From the IMG/VR virus record IMGVR_UViG_3300001335_000606: DNA of 64,000 nt, one strand, 5' to 3'. Below, piece after piece: positions 1-14,038 of this stretch. The notes under the pieces are model-generated. The model made no database searches, was not told where the DNA came from, and worked only from the letters and a program-made list of their open reading frames with translations. The first letter of the stretch is position 1. The number at the start of each line of letters is the position of its first letter. The position numbers were made by a program, and so were the translations under genes. The DNA is from an uncultured virus (IMG/VR IMGVR_UViG_3300001335_000606). Lineage: Duplodnaviria; Heunggongvirae; Uroviricota; Caudoviricetes.

Positions 1-160
1 CACGATTCTCTGTATCCTCAACCATATTTTCAATAGTTGTACGTGTTGCAGAAAAAATTTCCTGCAATTGTTCCCTATCAACAAACTCCAAAACAGTTGA
101 CTTGTTTTTGGTTGCTGATTTAACTGCTTTTAATTCTCTCATGTTCATAATAACTCCATA

Positions 161-871
161 TTATTCGTATTTAAATATTCGTTTTACCATTGGATCATAT
201 TGCAAATTTTCCATATAAGATAAATAAGTATTTATGGATTCCATTAAAGTTTCCCTATCAATTGATAAATGGTTTCTCAAACCTCTCCATTCTATCGTAT
301 TAAAGTCCGAATGTATATGATACAAATCAGACTTAGAATTATTGACTTCGGGTACCACATATCTCTTTCCATTATTGTAATCCCTAAGACAACTATTCAC
401 TCTATAATAATATTTTGCACGGCAACCCTTATATGAAGCGTATCCTTCATGCTCCATCCAAAAATCTTTAATTTTTAGTAATTTCTTGTCAACACCTAAA
501 CGCAAATATTCATAAAGTAAAGCATAATGCTGTATTCTAGAATAATCACTTCTTGAGGCATGAACATGCAAACTTGTGCTGTCATTATCATGAGCAAATT
601 TTGAAATGGTACCGAGTACCATTTCCACTTTTTTCATATTTTCCTTTGTATATAAGAACTTCTTTGTCTTAATTTCGAACGCAAGTGCAAATATATCCTC
701 GCATTCTACGACTAACGAAGCATCAATATTATAAAATTTGCTATGGTCAGGACGATTATCTTCCATACTTTGAAGCAAAATTCCAGAATGCTTTAATTCT
801 AATTCTTTATGAAGAGCTACAGCATTTTCAAATGGAATTATGAATTCAATTTCAATACCAAAGTATAACAC
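161..871 (-). CDS. Putative amidoligase (COOH-NH2 ligase type 2)-like protein
   Basis: Motifs FGIEIE, FEIKT, SLHVH and TIEWR, typical of the amidoligase_2 family. Confidence 0.65.
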   Translation of the reverse strand: MLYFGIEIEFIIPFENAVALHKELELKHSGILLQSMEDNRPDHSKFYNIDASLVVECEDIFALAFEIKTKKFLYTKENMKKVEMVLGTISKFAHDNDSTSLHVHASRSDYSRIQHYALLYEYLRLGVDKKLLKIKDFWMEHEGYASYKGCRAKYYYRVNSCLRDYNNGKRYVVPEVNNSKSDLYHIHSDFNTIEWRGLRNHLSIDRETLMESINTYLSYMENLQYDPMVKRIFKYE

Positions 872-902
872 CGTAACCTCCTCTTCTTTTAATACACTAT
901 TA

Positions 903-915
903 TTATAACCAAATT
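903..915 (-). promoter_or_regulatory. Representative copy of a recurring phage promoter motif AATTTGGTTATAAT
   Basis: Similar copies near 5104, 10311, 15757, 18389, 20619, 21171, 33834, 38520, 39142, 41666, 44818, 46489, 54581 and 60859, usually 15-30 nt upstream of a GAGGTT RBS; contains the sigma70 -10 TATAAT. Confidence 0.75.
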
Positions 916-925
916 ATATAAAATA

Positions 926-2287
926 TTATCCACAAATATTTTTAGCCAAGCTTCTCCCCGTCCCATTGGCAACCACAATAGACCGAGACCTTCCTGAACA
1001 ATCCCCGATAAATTTTATTTTATCAGAATTGTTAATTTTGGAACCATAAAATTTTGTCTAAATACCATAAAGCAAATTGTCTTCAATGGAAACCTACGGG
1101 ACAACAATTGCTAATTTCGTAATGAACTCTTTTATCGCCTAATAAGTTTTAGCAGGGAGAACATAGGAAAGGTCTCCCAAAATATATTGTTCCTTTGGCA
1201 AGGTCGGTAATACTCTAAATAAATGTTTGGTTCTTTTCTGTTTGAGAAAGTCCCCTAGCGTTTGCAAAATTAATTTTTCTCTGGAACCTGCTAACAAGTT
1301 CGCTTGTTGTGCAATAGATTTGCCATATAATACTGGATTATTAAAGGGTTCAGTAAATTTTTGCGTAACAAGAATTGCAAAATTGGTATTCTTAGATTTA
1401 ACATTCGTTTTTGAATGTCCATTAACTATACAAACCTTCTCTCCCAAAACATCAACAAGCTATGTTACAACAAACCCTTTAGGATTATGACAAAATGTTC
1501 TTACTTCCAAATTATTGGAAGTTTTATATTTCACCTTCCATTCATGAAATTTCTAATCCAAGCTTTTAATGTTAGGCAAATTAGAAGGAATCTATATTCT
1601 TACTCCAATATCAACCTTAAAGCTTCCACCTAATAATTCTGGGTATTTCTTAGTAACATAGTCAACTAATGTCGTGCCATATCTGCCTACAGCTAGAATA
1701 ACCATATCATATTTCTCTTCAATTTCATCAAATTTTTCTGGAGTAATTTGAGTATCAAAACAAAACTAAACTAAATCACCTAATTCACTCTATATTCTTC
1801 GTAAAATCGCTTCATTTGTCATTTTTAATTGATCTGTTCCCAAATGGAAGGTTTTTCCACCTTCGGCACTAACTAAACACATTCCGTTATTATAAAATTT
1901 TTGGGCAAGCTCAGATAATATTTCCGTACTAAATTCTTCTGCTTCAATTTCTTTTGCATAATCCCGTCTTATCAAAGAATACGCTTTAGGATCAGGTTCA
2001 TCCATTTTATGTATTTTATACTCTTTATAAAAGACAGCCTTATCATGCTCAGTCAAAAAATAAGAAACAATTTTCTTTTGTTCCTAAAGTGATACTTGTT
2101 CCAAATCTTCGGGATTTTGTGATATAATTAACTTTCCATCATATGCTAAACCACCTAACCCTCCAGCTTTTTCTTCTGGATTTTGATCAAAAACCGTAAC
2201 TTCAACATCCTTTTTTCCAGTCTAAATTAATCCATTCAAAAATCCAATAGTGGAAGCTCCATAACCTATAATAGCAATTTTTTTCAT
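926..2287 (-). CDS. FAD-dependent oxidoreductase, 453 aa, 10 in-frame TAG read as sense
   Basis: Manual translation: MKKIAIIGYGAS (Rossmann), DGKL, HLGTD, VDIGVRI*IP, VRTFCHNPKGFVVT*, VNGHS, LLYGI*TKFY, IGDCSG. Joins ORF-track fragments 1790..2056 and 1139..1447 in one frame; ends TAA. Confidence 0.9.
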
Positions 2288-2493
2288 ATATGCATCCTCC
2301 AAACCATTAATGCCACAAATGCAATAGAAAAACCTAATCCGACCAGAATACACCCAGCAACTTTACTAGGCTTTGATTCATCCGAGTTGGGAAGCATAAT
2401 AGCAGCAATAGCTCCCATATATGATATTACAGACAAACTTAAACAAATAATACTATTAAACATCAATACCATTTTTAAAAAAATAACCATATA

Positions 2494-2916
2494 TTACTCC
2501 TTTATTTTTATAAATATATGTTTTTCAACTAATCCAAAAGATATATTCATAGTAATTGTCTTATTACCTTCATTAGGATTATTTAAAAACTCAATTCTAA
2601 TGTTGGGGTCTTTAAAATGAATTGTTTTAATTGTATGATCTTCCCGTAACAATAAAGAAACTAAGGAAGATGAATATTTTTTCGCATCAGCTTGTCGTAT
2701 ATCATACTTATCATTAACTAATAATAAAAAAACAACCCTTGGAGACTATATCTTTAAAATTTGCGACTATATATTATAAATAAATCTCAATAAAAATGGC
2801 TACCAAGGTTGGATTTCCGAGAAATTTATTTCTTTAGAAAATATCTTAAATATAAACTATTTTTTATTTTGTGTTATTTGAGTTAAGAAATTATCATTTT
2901 TAATCTAATATCTCAT
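2494..2916 (-). CDS. Hypothetical protein with 5 in-frame TAG
   Basis: ATG to TAA frame open except for TAG; fills a gap in the ORF track; end coordinate approximate. Confidence 0.6.
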
Positions 2917-5900
2917 ATTATTTATTCTCCCTTAAATTATCGTTTATCTAAGTGCAATCTTCTTGTTCGGTTGACTATAAGCACCATTTGCATCTTTCAT
3001 AACGATTATGCAATGGGCAAGCGAACAATTTGCAAAATGCTTCCCCAATTAACTCTGTATAAGGCATACAATACTGACACGAGCCACAATACCTTTCATC
3101 ATCTTGAACACAAATTTTATGTATAACTAAAATCTATTTATGTTTCATTATTAATGCTCCTAATTGCTAAATGCTAGGGGTCAGTATTTTCCTATCCTAG
3201 TATGGCAAAAAAATTATCGCTTTTAAACCATAAAATAACCAGAGCTGGAATTTTTCCCTGTATATCAATATTCAGCTAATAAACCAAACCATCCTAACCA
3301 AGTTTCAATGTTTTGAGTTCCTATTCAGATGCTAATCTTTCCTTTATCCACTATTCTCTAACATATATGCTACGATCGTGGACATAGTCTTTCCAACCTT
3401 TATAAATTCTATATATTGTCATAATTAGAATACCTCTATTATTATTTTATTAGCAAATCTTGAAAGTTCAATACTTTTGATTTTATAAGATTCATAATCA
3501 TTAACTGCTTTAAAAGCAAACCAATCTCCAAGCATATAATAATATACTGACTCTATGTAACCATCTTTAGTATTAAAAGTTTTACGAAGGTCAGAACTCT
3601 TAATCGAACCATCTTTATCGAGAATTGTTATTGATTCTGGGAGTTGTTTTTTAAAAATGATAGATGATAATGGCATGAAATAGACATTCTCATCGTCAGG
3701 GTCTAGTTGAAAAGAATTAATGCTAACAGGAACAACACAATTTACTTCTTCAACAGAATGAAAGTATACATTGTACATTGCTTGAACCATAGCAATTTCT
3801 TTATTCTCAAGCAACAATGCATCCCGCATAACATGAATTCTTTGATAATTGGGCGTATTTTGAGTCAAATAGTCTAGGCACAATTCGAGACCTTTCAAAG
3901 GCCCGCCGAAAATGAAAATGTCCTTGTATGACAAAATATCCTTATAAAGGTTTTCCATAGGGGGTTCGTTATCATCACCAAACCAAAGTAAAGTTTCAAT
4001 ACCATCTCGTGCCATGCTGAAATGCAAAAGAGTTTGAATATTTCCTAATGGATTGTGATTGTTTACTTTCCCGCTAACAAATAAAAATAATGAATCCTTG
4101 ACTTTTCTACGAACACCATCCAACAAAGATGCTATGTGTTCTTTTACAGTATAAGAGTTTATTTTGGTGGTGGTTGCTATACGCCAATACACTTGCTCTG
4201 AGAAGTCATAATATTTATCCAAAGCATAAAGGGAAAAGACAATGTTTGGATTAAGTTCAAAATTCCAACACATTTTTACGTCTTCAGTTTTGTTCCCCAT
4301 ATGATGGGGCATACCTAAACAAGCAATCAACTCGTCCGTTGTTGCTATAATTTTGTCTCCCCAGTATTGTGTTCCCATAGCATGTTTGATTTTCTTCATA
4401 TGTTGACTCCTTTATTAAAAATTATTTTCGATAACTTCAATTGGGAGAACGCCAACATCAGAAATCTTTGAAACAGCCATTCTCGTGAACCAATTCATCC
4501 ATCCGCATCATGTGCCCCTTTGTCATTTAGTACGTCAAAATAAAATTGAATGCGCAAATTTACTTAATATTTTTGATATATGTCCATAAATCAAAAGCAT
4601 CAATGTACTCTGGTAAATTAAGATCTTTTGCAATTTCATCTAATTTATCCCAATTTCTTTCTGGTCTAGGAACAACATTTTTCATATCTTTGATTAATTT
4701 TGTTAATACTGGTTTCGAAAGAGTTTTTAAATACTTTGTAATATCATTGTATTTACGTGTAGTCATATACAAAAATCTCCTAACATCATTTCTTTCCCTG
4801 GATCCTGGCCAGTTATTAAGAATGTGTTCATATCTCTCGTCAGAAATAGAACGAAAATCCTTGAAATAACCTCCATCGTGAACCAATTCATCCATCCGCC
4901 CTGTTGAATCTATATAATAAAGATTCTCGCCATTTCGGATATATGCAGAATCAAATAAACCTTTGACAATCTTTTCCGCATCATTGGTCACGGAGGGGAA
5001 ATCTGGGTGACAATTGTCTTTGATAAGCACAAAATCATGTGCCCTGCTGACTAGAATGTCAAATTGTTTAATCATTTTATAACCTCTCTTTCTGTTTATT
5101 ATATTATAACCAAATTCAGAAAAATGCTTTCAATTATTTTAAAGTAATTTGACTTTCCTCATCAAATTTAACATGATATTCCAAGATGGAAAGTGTCTTA
5201 AAAATATTTACACCCCAAAATGATATTAAATGACGAGGTGTACCTCTATATATTTGTATATAGTATTTATCATCTGAAACTAATTCATTTATTTCATCAA
5301 CTTTAGCTAATGAAGATTTAAGTAAATGTTTAGTATTTACAATATCTTCATATGAGTCAACTGATATTGTTGCTTTTTCTGTTAAGATAAAATGCTCTAG
5401 ATTTTTATAATAAGTAAGAGAATAAACACCCATTATTAAAACTGCAATAAAAATACAAATGAAAAATCCTACTAAAAATTCCAATCCCACATTCTCCTTA
5501 CTTGGCAAAATCTTATCAATTAAAGAGGGTGAAAAGATTTGTAAACCTAGAAAACCTAATGCTATAATTGCTAATAGTATAACTATCATTTTTTGTCTCC
5601 CTTATTTAAATTTATTTTTGATATACGTGTTCTCTGATTCTTCCATGTTCTCTTAAATGGTTATAAATATCTTTCGCAAATTCTAAACCAAAAAAATCGC
5701 GAAGTGAGATTTCAGGTATGACATCGTTGGGCATTGCAAATGAATGTGACAAAACTTTATCGCAAATATGACAATACCATCTTAATTCATATCTATACTA
5801 GACGGGTTCTTCAAATTCAAATATTCCACCATCTTCCAAATTATCTACATATTTAGTTTTATCTTTAAAAGTTATTTCATCATCGTCAGTTTTTTCGAAT

Positions 5901-8900
5901 ATATCTTGAAGTGTATATCTTACAGTGGGTTTCATATTTTCTCCTTCACTTTTTCATTCCAATGACTAACAGCAATATCTGGTGTATATTGTGCTGGCCA
6001 ACAGGTATATTTGCATTTTGGGCATTGAATATAACTACATGTGTAATATTTCAATGTTCTAATTTTAGGTTTTGCCCCACACTTAGGGCACCTATACATT
6101 TTAGCAACCAATTTTCTGTGCCACTTAATATCCCATATGATGTTTTTAGGATTAAGAGACCTCATTAAATGTCTAAAACTCTTTGGATCATTTATCATTA
6201 TATCAACAAAAATAAAAATAAAAACTATACCAAAGAAAAATATAAAATAATAAAGAATGCTCATCAGTAATCCTCTAAGTAAACTCCATTTTTCTCAGGC
6301 TCACCAAACTCAGTAAATCTACCTTCCTCATAATACTCAATGCGAAAATTCATTTCTCCTCCTCATCTTTGATGATTTCCCGAATTGCATTCCAGGTTTT
6401 ATGATATGCCCTGACATACATTCCGGGTGTGCAATCCGTCAGGTCATGATTGGTCTTTTTTGCTTTCATCATTCCTCCTTATGACGCTAACGCAAATATT
6501 AATGCAAGTTCGGCAGAAAGAAAAAGCACACTAAGTGCCGTATATCCCATCATTGGGTAATAATCCTTGGCGGTAATCAGTTTATAGATACTCCATATGC
6601 AACATAGGCCAACTACTATTATGGCAATTATCATTTCTCCTCCTCCTGCCAATGCAATGTGTTAATATCATATTTGTCCATGTTTTGACATTTTTCATCA
6701 AGCATTTCAAGGGTATTGTTAATATTGATTTGCTTGCCCTTGGTGTTATATTGCCTGAGGCAACGGGGACAACTAAAGCCACCATTATGCGCTTCGACTT
6801 GTGTACCGCAGATGCATAATTTATCCATTGGCTTCCTCCTCATCTGTATCCACTTTATTTTTTATGTCAATGTGAAATTCCGTTATAGTACGCTTGAATC
6901 CGATGGCAAAGGGGGAAATTGTCTTTCTAGGAATGTAAGTTTTGTGAATTACGCAATTGATTGTATCAGGAAAAACCTTGACAGATAGGTGCGAATTGTA
7001 TTCGAAAAAGTCCTTATAAAGGTGTACTTCTTCCGCGGAAGCCATTATTTCGACGTCTCTAGAAGCCAAAATATAATTATCCTTGTTTCTACCATAGTTT
7101 ATGGTGCACACGCCCAATATAGTTAAACTGGCAAATATGAATAATATGCTAAGAAGCATTACTAGATTTTCTCCCCTTTTAAATAAAAATTTTTCTCGAG
7201 TACTCAACCAGAACCCGAATATAGATAGAATAAATATTAGAATTAAATACATCTTAATTACCTTTTTTCCTTACAGTACTGGCAAGTTTCGCGGGGTGAG
7301 CGTCGTCGGGATATTCTTCTAGTCCATTCTTTCAATTTCCTCGATATACGCCTCAATATCGGGAAGTATGTCCATAATGTCCTCGTTATAAGAGCCATTG
7401 GGAAGCTTGCAACTACGTATCTTTTCCAGTAGTTCGTTACCCGTTATTGGTTGGTCATCTTCTATTACATCCACCCAAAATAGGGGCTGACCTGCGTTGT
7501 CAGGGGTTTCGAAGCTTTGGCGTTCGGTGCTGTATGTACAAGTATGCAACCACAAGTATTCGTGATAATCCAGATCGAAGGCGCACAAATACGATCCGTC
7601 CTTTTTTGGTTTTACGTCTAGATAATTATACCATTTCTCTGCCATTTGTAACCTCTTATTTTTTATTATAATACTATTATAGCTCAGATACTAAAAAACC
7701 AAGATCAAATTTCAATTAGTTCGCTACATGTATAAACACTGAATCTGTTGGTGGAAAGGTGTGGATCCATCCCCACTGCCCTTCATATTCCCTTATAATT
7801 ACATCTGATTGAAGTTCAAAAATTCGTCAGAACCAATCTTAGTCCACACAAACTTTGAAAACCCACAATCCTTACCAATGGTTTCCACCTGCTTTTCAAT
7901 TTTGGTATCACCATTCTTTACTATGATCATAGGCTTCCCACCATAGTACTTAGTGATGAAGCTAGCACCAATTTCGTCTTCCGTAAATTGAGGATATCCC
8001 GAAATGTCCGTAGTCGTAAACCCTTTGATTTTGCCAACCTTTTCGATGAATTTCTTAATGTTCTTCATGTCCTTTTACCTCTTATTTTTTATTATACTAT
8101 TATTATAACTCAATTAGTAAAAAAGTTAAAATCAATTTTCAAGTTGTTCATAATCAACATACACAATATAATTTAACTCATTTTCTTTTCCTCAAATAAA
8201 TGCCATTTTTTTCAGCTTCAGTTAATACTTTGTCCAATTGTTTTTGCAAAAAATCTACCCTAATGACAAATTCTTTATCTATGTCAAATACCTTTACGAT
8301 TTTAGCTGGGGAATGAAAATCATTGCCATCTAAATCAAATGACCTGCCATATTCAAATATGGAACTAATAGTACTGATTCCTATATATGGGATTCCATCC
8401 ACTCGAATTCCCACTCTCTCTATAATGCAAGGAAGTGGATAATCAGATAATATCGCAACCTGCCCTGCATGAACATTATAATATTTGGGTATATAGTCCA
8501 TTTATTTCTCCAATAAATTTAATTTATAAAATTGTGCAATTAGCATCTATCATTTTGGTGGAATCTTTTGAGTCATTTCTTGGATGTGTGAAACTAAATT
8601 GGTCAATGATTATAAAAATAAACCCATTTCTGCCATAACGCCATCTTGGAATCTTTCTGTAGTTGGTGTCATCAGTGTACTTGGTAACATAGGAATCCCT
8701 ATTTAGCAAAACTGACGCATATTCTTCATCATTACATGTATCGCAATATTGGCATATCATTATATTATCCTTATATTTGTGCTGTTATCATCTGGCATCT
8801 TGGTCGATAATTTGGATGCGGTTTTTGGTTTTCTGGCGTTATATTCGTTAATCAGGTATTGCGTAAATATGAATAACAACCCATCCCGATCATAACAGCG

Positions 8901-9449
8901 TCTTGGAATCCGCACCTGAGTGTCACAAAAACATCTGTAAAGGAGTTTTTTATTAAGATCAACCGATGCGTACACGCCATCGTGAGATTTGACATTACAG
9001 TAGTGTCTTATCATAATGACTCCCGTATCTTTTCTATTAGTTCCCACCGTAACACTTCCTTAAGAGTTATTGTTATTCTAAGGAATTTAAGTTTTTCAAG
9101 GGTCGAAGAACTTACTCTAAAGACCTGCCTTGCCCAATGACCCTGAGGACGAGATGGGGCATGTGTATCGTTATCGGGCAATATTCCCTTGCTTGTCGTG
9201 CCAACGTCGTGACGTATTACCATGTGGATGTCCCATTCTGGCAATATTCATTTCTGCGGTATCTGCCCGAATATTCGGACGTTTCCAATGGAGTGCGATC
9301 ATCCTGTAGGGTGCATATTATTCTGGTTTCATGGTCACCATTGGAATCACGACATAAAAATGGGCATTGCGGGTGACATAGCATTGGTATATCTCTATCT
9401 ACGACAATTGTATTAATAGCTACGTGTTGAAGTCCTAATGGTTTTACTT

Positions 9450-9623
9450 TCATTTTTCTTCTTCCTTAAATAGATTTTCCATAACCTCACGTCTCCAGGG
9501 TGGATCTATCTAATCCGCTATCTGCAATAAATATTGTTGTAAGACATTTATTGTGTGTGGCTCCTTCGGAGCATATAAGTCAGCTATATCCTTTATTAAT
9601 TCTGCTATTTTTCTTGTATTCAT
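9450..9623 (-). CDS. Short paralogue of the N-terminus of 11297..12283, with TAG at a Glu position
   Basis: MNTRKIAELIKDI...LLQIAD*IDPP versus MNKQIAKLIREL...ILEIADEIDPP. Confidence 0.7.
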
Positions 9624-12600
9624 TTATTCCTCAATCTTCGTAGTTGTAAGCATATTTATCAAACAATTTATGATTAATGGTGAATACCCTATGTTCTTCT
9701 AGTTTCGATTCAATATCGTTTTTGATAGCTTCTGCCAATTTTTCTTCTAATTCAAGAATATCTTCTTCAGTTAACGGAACTGTTAATTCTAGGAGGTCGC
9801 AGGTATGAGGTCGACTTTCGAGTATGCGTTTGGTTTTTATTCTATAATCACCATTTAAATTATATTCATACCGTGTACTAACATAGATTTTCCTTTCATC
9901 ATCGTAATCTTGAAAAAACGAAACATACGCAGAATGATAAATAAGATCTTCATCAGACTTTTTCGTCTCTTCTGGAACTTGTATATGTGAAAATAAACAT
10001 TTACCACATAATCTTTTAATCAATTTTTTCATTCTTTCTCCTCATTACACCCCATCATTGTTAATAATGTTCGTATGTTAACAATCATAATATCTTGTCT
10101 ACGCTGGCTAAATTCATAATCACAAAAATCATGTCTATGTGTTTTGCCTCTCACAAGTTTTACTGTCGTACACCTATTAATGCCCTAAATAATTGCACTT
10201 TGCGGAAACCATTCAACGCCACCAATATATATTGGTTTCCGCTGTTTCAGTAATTCTATGGCTTCTTCGTACTTCATTGTTTCTCCTTTATAAAACCTTT
10301 ATTACTTATAATATAACCAAAATTTTGGGAAACTTGTTAAAAATTTTAAATTTCAATATTGTTGGGATTAGGGAGGGGGAACCAATGTGTTCCATATTCT
10401 CTTATAGAAAATGATGGTTCTCCGTTCCAATATTGCATTTCATAGACAATTTTGCCATAATTCATCAAATCAGCAACCTCTTTTCTATTTCTGAAATCAA
10501 ACCGCCAAAAGTAATATCCTTGCTAAGGTGGCCAACTATCTTTATTACCTAACTCAAATTTACGATATTGCTCAAACTAAAAATTATGATATTGTTCTAA
10601 TTCCGCAATTCTTTTATGCAAAATATCTTCTACTGCTCGACGATTCCATGCAATTGATGCATCACAAAGCCAATCATACCAATCGGTTCTTGCTCCACAA
10701 TTAGAACATTTTAGAGCATACTTCATTTTGGTTTTATGCTTTTCTTTTAAAATCAATGTCTAACCACAAAGGGGACATGCTGGAATTCCAGGTATCATAA
10801 TTCCTCCAATAAACTTAATTTGTGTTTCACTTGATTATCCTAAAGACCACTTGGCAGATCCTTCCTATCTTATAAAGCATCAATCTTCTTCTGATTTTCA
10901 GCTTTCATCTCTTCCAATTCCTTTTCCATCATTTCTCTCATTCCTGAAGCATGTTTATCCTTCTTCGGGCATAAATATTCTATTAAGAATTCCATCAGTG
11001 AAATACGTTCTACATCTAGCTTTGCTCGTGCTATATTTTTTGGCGCATCCATGATTTCGACTACGCCATCCACGATATTGGACATCAATTTTACACATTC
11101 CACACCTGGATTTTCTTGGTTTTTGGTATCGTTCATTTTTCCTCCTCTTCTTTGAGGATTTCCCGTATTGTGTTTAACGCTACATTTGCCCGTCTCAACC
11201 AACCACGAGGATCGCTCCAGTCCAACAAAATTTCCGTCAGACATTCCTGTATTTCATCCACCTGATTGGATATTTTGGTTATGGTGTTTTTGTCCTTCAT
11301 TTTTCCTCCTCCTGCCTTGCGAGCAGTTGCTCCACAACGGAGCGCATGTGGTCATCTGTAATGGCTTCTACTCGAATCGATGCTATGCGTGATCGGTTGA
11401 CATCTGACCCGAATATATCAATCCAATCATGCCTCCAGGAGTCACCTTTGTATCGGCGTATCTTCCCCTTGAGCCCGCTCCCGAAGTCCAGCACCACGTC
11501 AGCTGCGGGGATGGGGTTAAGCGTTGTAATATGCACTCTTTTATCTCCATCAATCGTTTGCATATTACACCATAAAGTGCCTATAAATGTGATATATCCA
11601 AGTCCATATTCATCGTGATTCACCCACTGTCCCACCTCGAAACGGGGTGTGGGGGCAGACTGATACTTGCACTTACCTTCTGGTAACGAACACATCATTG
11701 TTAGGGTGGTGTTATCATCCCGCTGATTTGCGCATTCTCCGTTATAATTACACCGTAATGTTTCGTAGATTTCCCATCCATCCCCGCCAGATGAATACAT
11801 CTCACTCTGCCAACCTTTTAACGTGTTGGAGCAATGCCCGTTCTCAAGTATCTCTGGTAGCATACTACACGCAATTCTCCTATTTTTTGCGACATAATAG
11901 CAGAATCTATTATCCTTCGTGACCTTGTGGCCCAACTGCATCATCTGCCACGCCCATTCGGATGTTCCCTCTGACGCAAGGAGTTGATATTCTATGATGT
12001 CTAAAGAGCAGACGTCGTGGACGCTTTGTCCATCAACGCTCCACCATCTCCCTCTACAGCGAAATGATGGAGGGAGATATTCGTCCTTGTCGTCTATTTC
12101 GTCTATCTGCATCCATTGTCCGTCTCTGCGCTTGACCAAGTCCCCGACTTTCGCATCTGCGAGTAGGGGTTTGACATTGGGCGGATCTATCTCGTCGGCG
12201 ATCTCTAATATTTTGTCGGACACATTGGTGGCACATACTGCTTCCACTAATTCTCTGATTAACTTTGCTATCTGCTTGTTCATTGATCCTCCATTGTTTC
12301 TTTTCTATGAAAAAAATTTGGCAACCATTCTCTTGGAAACCACACCAATACATAATCAGGATTATCGGATTGCCATATTTGTAATCCATGTTCTGAGTAA
12401 TAAATTCCTATTGGTAATTCTGGATATTGCCAAATTCGTCTCATTTCATTCCGTATTATTTCATCCAATCGCTTTTTACTCATTTTCCTCTTTAACCATT
12501 CTAATGCGAATTGGAAGTCATCTTTCTTTATCTTCATTTATTCTCCTGTTGACCATGCGTTTCTTCATAATCAAGTAAACACTTTGCATGAACTGGAACC

Positions 12601-14038
12601 CGACTATCTTCAGACATTGTCATTTCGACATTGGAATCCCACCAATGTTGTCGGATCCAAACCCAAGAACAATCTTTAACACTAATGAATTTACCACATA
12701 AACAGCATCTCCATCTACTACAGTTGCCGACTGCACTATGGTAATCGTGAATAATGGTTATCGGATTATTTATATATTCATTCATTATTTTGGTCATTCT
12801 ACATATTTTTCCGCTTAGAAATAATAATTTGTTCCCTAGTATACACATCTGCTATTGTTGGAAGTGTTAGACCCATCTTCTTTGCCCAACGCTCAACCGA
12901 AAAATCCAACTTATCTGGCTTTCCTAGTCGTTGGCAATGAAGATAGGTTTTCAAATTATCTCTATATTGATAAATATTTATAGGTCTAGGAATTTCATCT
13001 ATTTTATGAGCCTTATGCCATTCCTTTATTGCGAATTGGTAATCATCCATAGCTTCTCCAGATAGATCAGTTATGGCTTGACATATCGGGCATAAATTGT
13101 ATTCAGATTCTCGACTCTTCCATCTGGGATCGTTAAAAATCATTCTCGGTAGCATAACTCGCTTGCATATAGGGCAACCGAAATCATGACTGCCATCGGG
13201 ATAATCTTTTAAGCAAATGTAAGGCATCATTTCTCCTTATTCATCAAATAATTTTTAGGCATATTTGGCAATGGCATATAGTGTGTAAGGTCACGATCTG
13301 TTAATTCCTAAATTGGAATCATAACTGGTTTAATCTGAATATGTTCACCATCATTATAAATAAAGCAATATCTACCCGGCGTATTGGCAAATCCTATATG
13401 CCAACCCGTCGGCATATTTTTTCCATCATATTCTATCCATTCATCTTTAGTCTAAGCGGGATCTTGCTTTTCCTTATATTCAAACTTGCCAATGGCAAAT
13501 AATATCGATGCTACCAGTATTATTGACCATAATATAACAATTATTATAGGTGAAAATAATATTAATAGCAATGCGATTGCTATACGGGTTAGTGTGTTAT
13601 ATTGACTATCCATTAATTCTCCTATGTTAATCCTTTGTTATCCTTTAAACATTACCACGATGCCCGGACAACCCCAGGTCATCTCCCAAATACAATGCAC
13701 AATAATCTGTGAAGGGGTTAGTGATTCTAGAGTTTCTTTTTTTATTTCCATACCAAGCCATTCTGCCCAAGGAACAAATTCGATAGCATAGGTTATATCT
13801 TCAATCTTACTATATCCTGAAGTATGATAAAAGGGAGCCTCATTATCAGGGTCAGAATATTGTACAAAGATTTCAAAACTTTTGCTATTTTCTGGTTCAA
13901 CAGGTTCCAAAGTTTTCAAATATTCAAACACTTCTTGATGTTTCTCCACATTGTGATCTGGATACCATTCTTTAAAGTATTCTACATCAAAAACTGGATT
14001 ATCTTTGATTAATTCAAAAAATTTCATATTATTCTCCT

